Below are positions 62,857 to 64,000 of a stretch of DNA of 64,000 nt, piece after piece; position 1 is the stretch's first letter; each line of letters begins with the position of its first letter. The DNA is taken from assembly GCA_963793265.1 (NCBI GenBank), contig CAWBZI010000001.1, positions 352,001 through 416,000 on the forward strand, written 5' to 3'. The notes under the pieces are model-generated. The model ran no database searches and had not been told where the DNA came from. It worked only from the letters and a program-made list of their open reading frames with translations. The position numbers were made by a program, and so were the translations under genes. The DNA is from an uncultured cyanobacterium. Lineage in GTDB: Bacteria; Cyanobacteriota; Cyanobacteriia; Phormidesmidales; Phormidesmidaceae.

Positions 62857-63231
62857 TCATTGCCAATCGAGCACTTTTCGAATTTCATCGGCTAGCGTTA
62901 GCGGACGGAAGGGTTTGGTAAATACAGCTGCAACATGTTCTGGAGCGATTCCAGTTTGTGCTAAAGGCTGAACTTTTGCGGTCATCAAGATGGTGGGAAT
63001 AGAGGCTGATGTTGGGTCTGCTTTTAGCTTTTGCAAGGTCGTCTTGCCATCCATTTCTGGCATCATCATATCTAGCAAGATGACGTCGGGTGTTTGGCTC
63101 TGAGCGATCGCAACCGCCTCTTTCCCAGAACTGGCCTGAAGCAGCGTCCAGTCAGTCTTCATCTGTAGCGCTAGAACAGCGATCGCCCGCGCATCATCTT
63201 CATCATCAACAATCAATACGGTTTTAGACAT
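62857..63231 (-). CDS. Single-domain response regulator
   Basis: LIVDDE, ILLDMMMPEMDG, MTAK, TKPF. Confidence 0.95.
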   Translation of the reverse strand: MSKTVLIVDDEDDARAIAVLALQMKTDWTLLQASSGKEAVAIAQSQTPDVILLDMMMPEMDGKTTLQKLKADPTSASIPTILMTAKVQPLAQTGIAPEHVAAVFTKPFRPLTLADEIRKVLDWQ

Positions 63232-63249
63232 GGCACCTTACCTGCTAAC

Positions 63250-63999
63250 TCAATGAGTAGGAAGAAGGACATGGAATGTGCTGCCCTTGTTCAATTTACT
63301 TTCTGCCCATATTTGTCCTCCATGTTGCTGAAGAATTTTACGACAAATGGCAAGCCCCAGTCCTGTGCCTCCCTTTTTTCGAGAGTCGGATGCGTCAACC
63401 TGTTGAAATCTCTCGAAAATGGTTTCTAGCTGAGCTTGCGGGATGCCTCTACCCTGGTCGCTAACGGTGATATGTAGAGTGGGGATAGCTGAGTCTGACT
63501 CTGAAGGTTCTAAGACTGCTGTCATCAAAACGGTTCCTCCGGCAGCAGAGAACTTGATAGCGTTGCTGAGTAGATTGGTCAGGGTTTGGAGGATGCGATC
63601 GCAATCTACATGCACCGGCACTGACTCGGCATTAACCTGCAAACTGACCTCCATCTTGTCTGCCATGGCCTGCATCGCTGCAACAGCTTGAGTGCAGAGC
63701 GTATTGATATTGCAGTTGGAGCGCTTAAGCTCAATTTCACCGATCTTGAGCCGCTCTAAATCGAGGATATCGTTGACTAACCGGATCAAACGCTCTGCGT
63801 TAGTTGTCGCCATCGAGAGAATTTGCTGGCCCTGATCGGAAAGATCGCCCAGTTCTCCAGAGCTGAGTAGATCGAGTGCGCCAACTAGCGAATGCATTGG
63901 CGTACGAAGTTCGTGACTTACCACAGAGATAAACTCATTTTCCAGACGTTTCCTTTCTGTGATGTCGTTGATGGTTGTCAGCGCACAAGATTTCTCGTT
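63250..63999 (-). CDS. Sensor histidine kinase (PAS/PAC-preceded), 5' end outside window
   Basis: DITERK..EFISVVSHELRTP, NLLSNAIKF, DQGRGIP, GGTGLGL. Confidence 0.95.
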   Translation of the reverse strand, partial: NEKSCALTTINDITERKRLENEFISVVSHELRTPMHSLVGALDLLSSGELGDLSDQGQQILSMATTNAERLIRLVNDILDLERLKIGEIELKRSNCNINTLCTQAVAAMQAMADKMEVSLQVNAESVPVHVDCDRILQTLTNLLSNAIKFSAAGGTVLMTAVLEPSESDSAIPTLHITVSDQGRGIPQAQLETIFERFQQVDASDSRKKGGTGLGLAICRKILQQHGGQIWAESKLNKGSTFHVLLPTH

Positions 64000-64000
64000 T

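Overview
Cyanobacterial DNA (frequent HIP1 octamer GCGATCGC) dominated by a Mo-nitrogenase cluster with no excision elements, as in non-heterocystous strains. Left flank (1-6.5 kb): a G8/beta-helix/PKD/LamG protein, an SGNH-like protein, a fasciclin lipoprotein and an internally deleted DUF262/DUF1524 gene. Next come a 3' fragment of tRNA-Thr(UGU), short direct repeats and a possible integrase relic, together resembling an island boundary. Then two cnfR/patB paralogues that share a 63-bp promoter element, and a leftward arm (nifP-Asr1405-dps-nifV-nifT-2Fe2S) plus a separate hypothetical-OFA transporter unit. The rightward arm runs nifB-fdxN-nifS-nifU*-nifHDK-nifZ-orf-nifEN(fused)-nifX-orf-orf-nifW-hesA-orf-hesB-fdxH-feoA-flavodoxin-MTase-cysK-orf-modA-modBC. 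Abutting it is a fermentation module: adhE-pflB-pflA, a divergent acetate-CoA ligase/GNAT and a glgX stump. The right end is IS-damaged (IS1, ISAzo13, IS5/ISL2-like, IS630, several split genes), followed by DUF1993, a response regulator and a partial histidine kinase. Main hypotheses: a tRNA-integrated nif-plus-fermentation island; mirror-image CnfR-box arrays at nifP and nifB; a nonsense codon in nifU; and an ISAzo13-type MITE inside the nif operon. All family calls come from motif recognition, not database searches.
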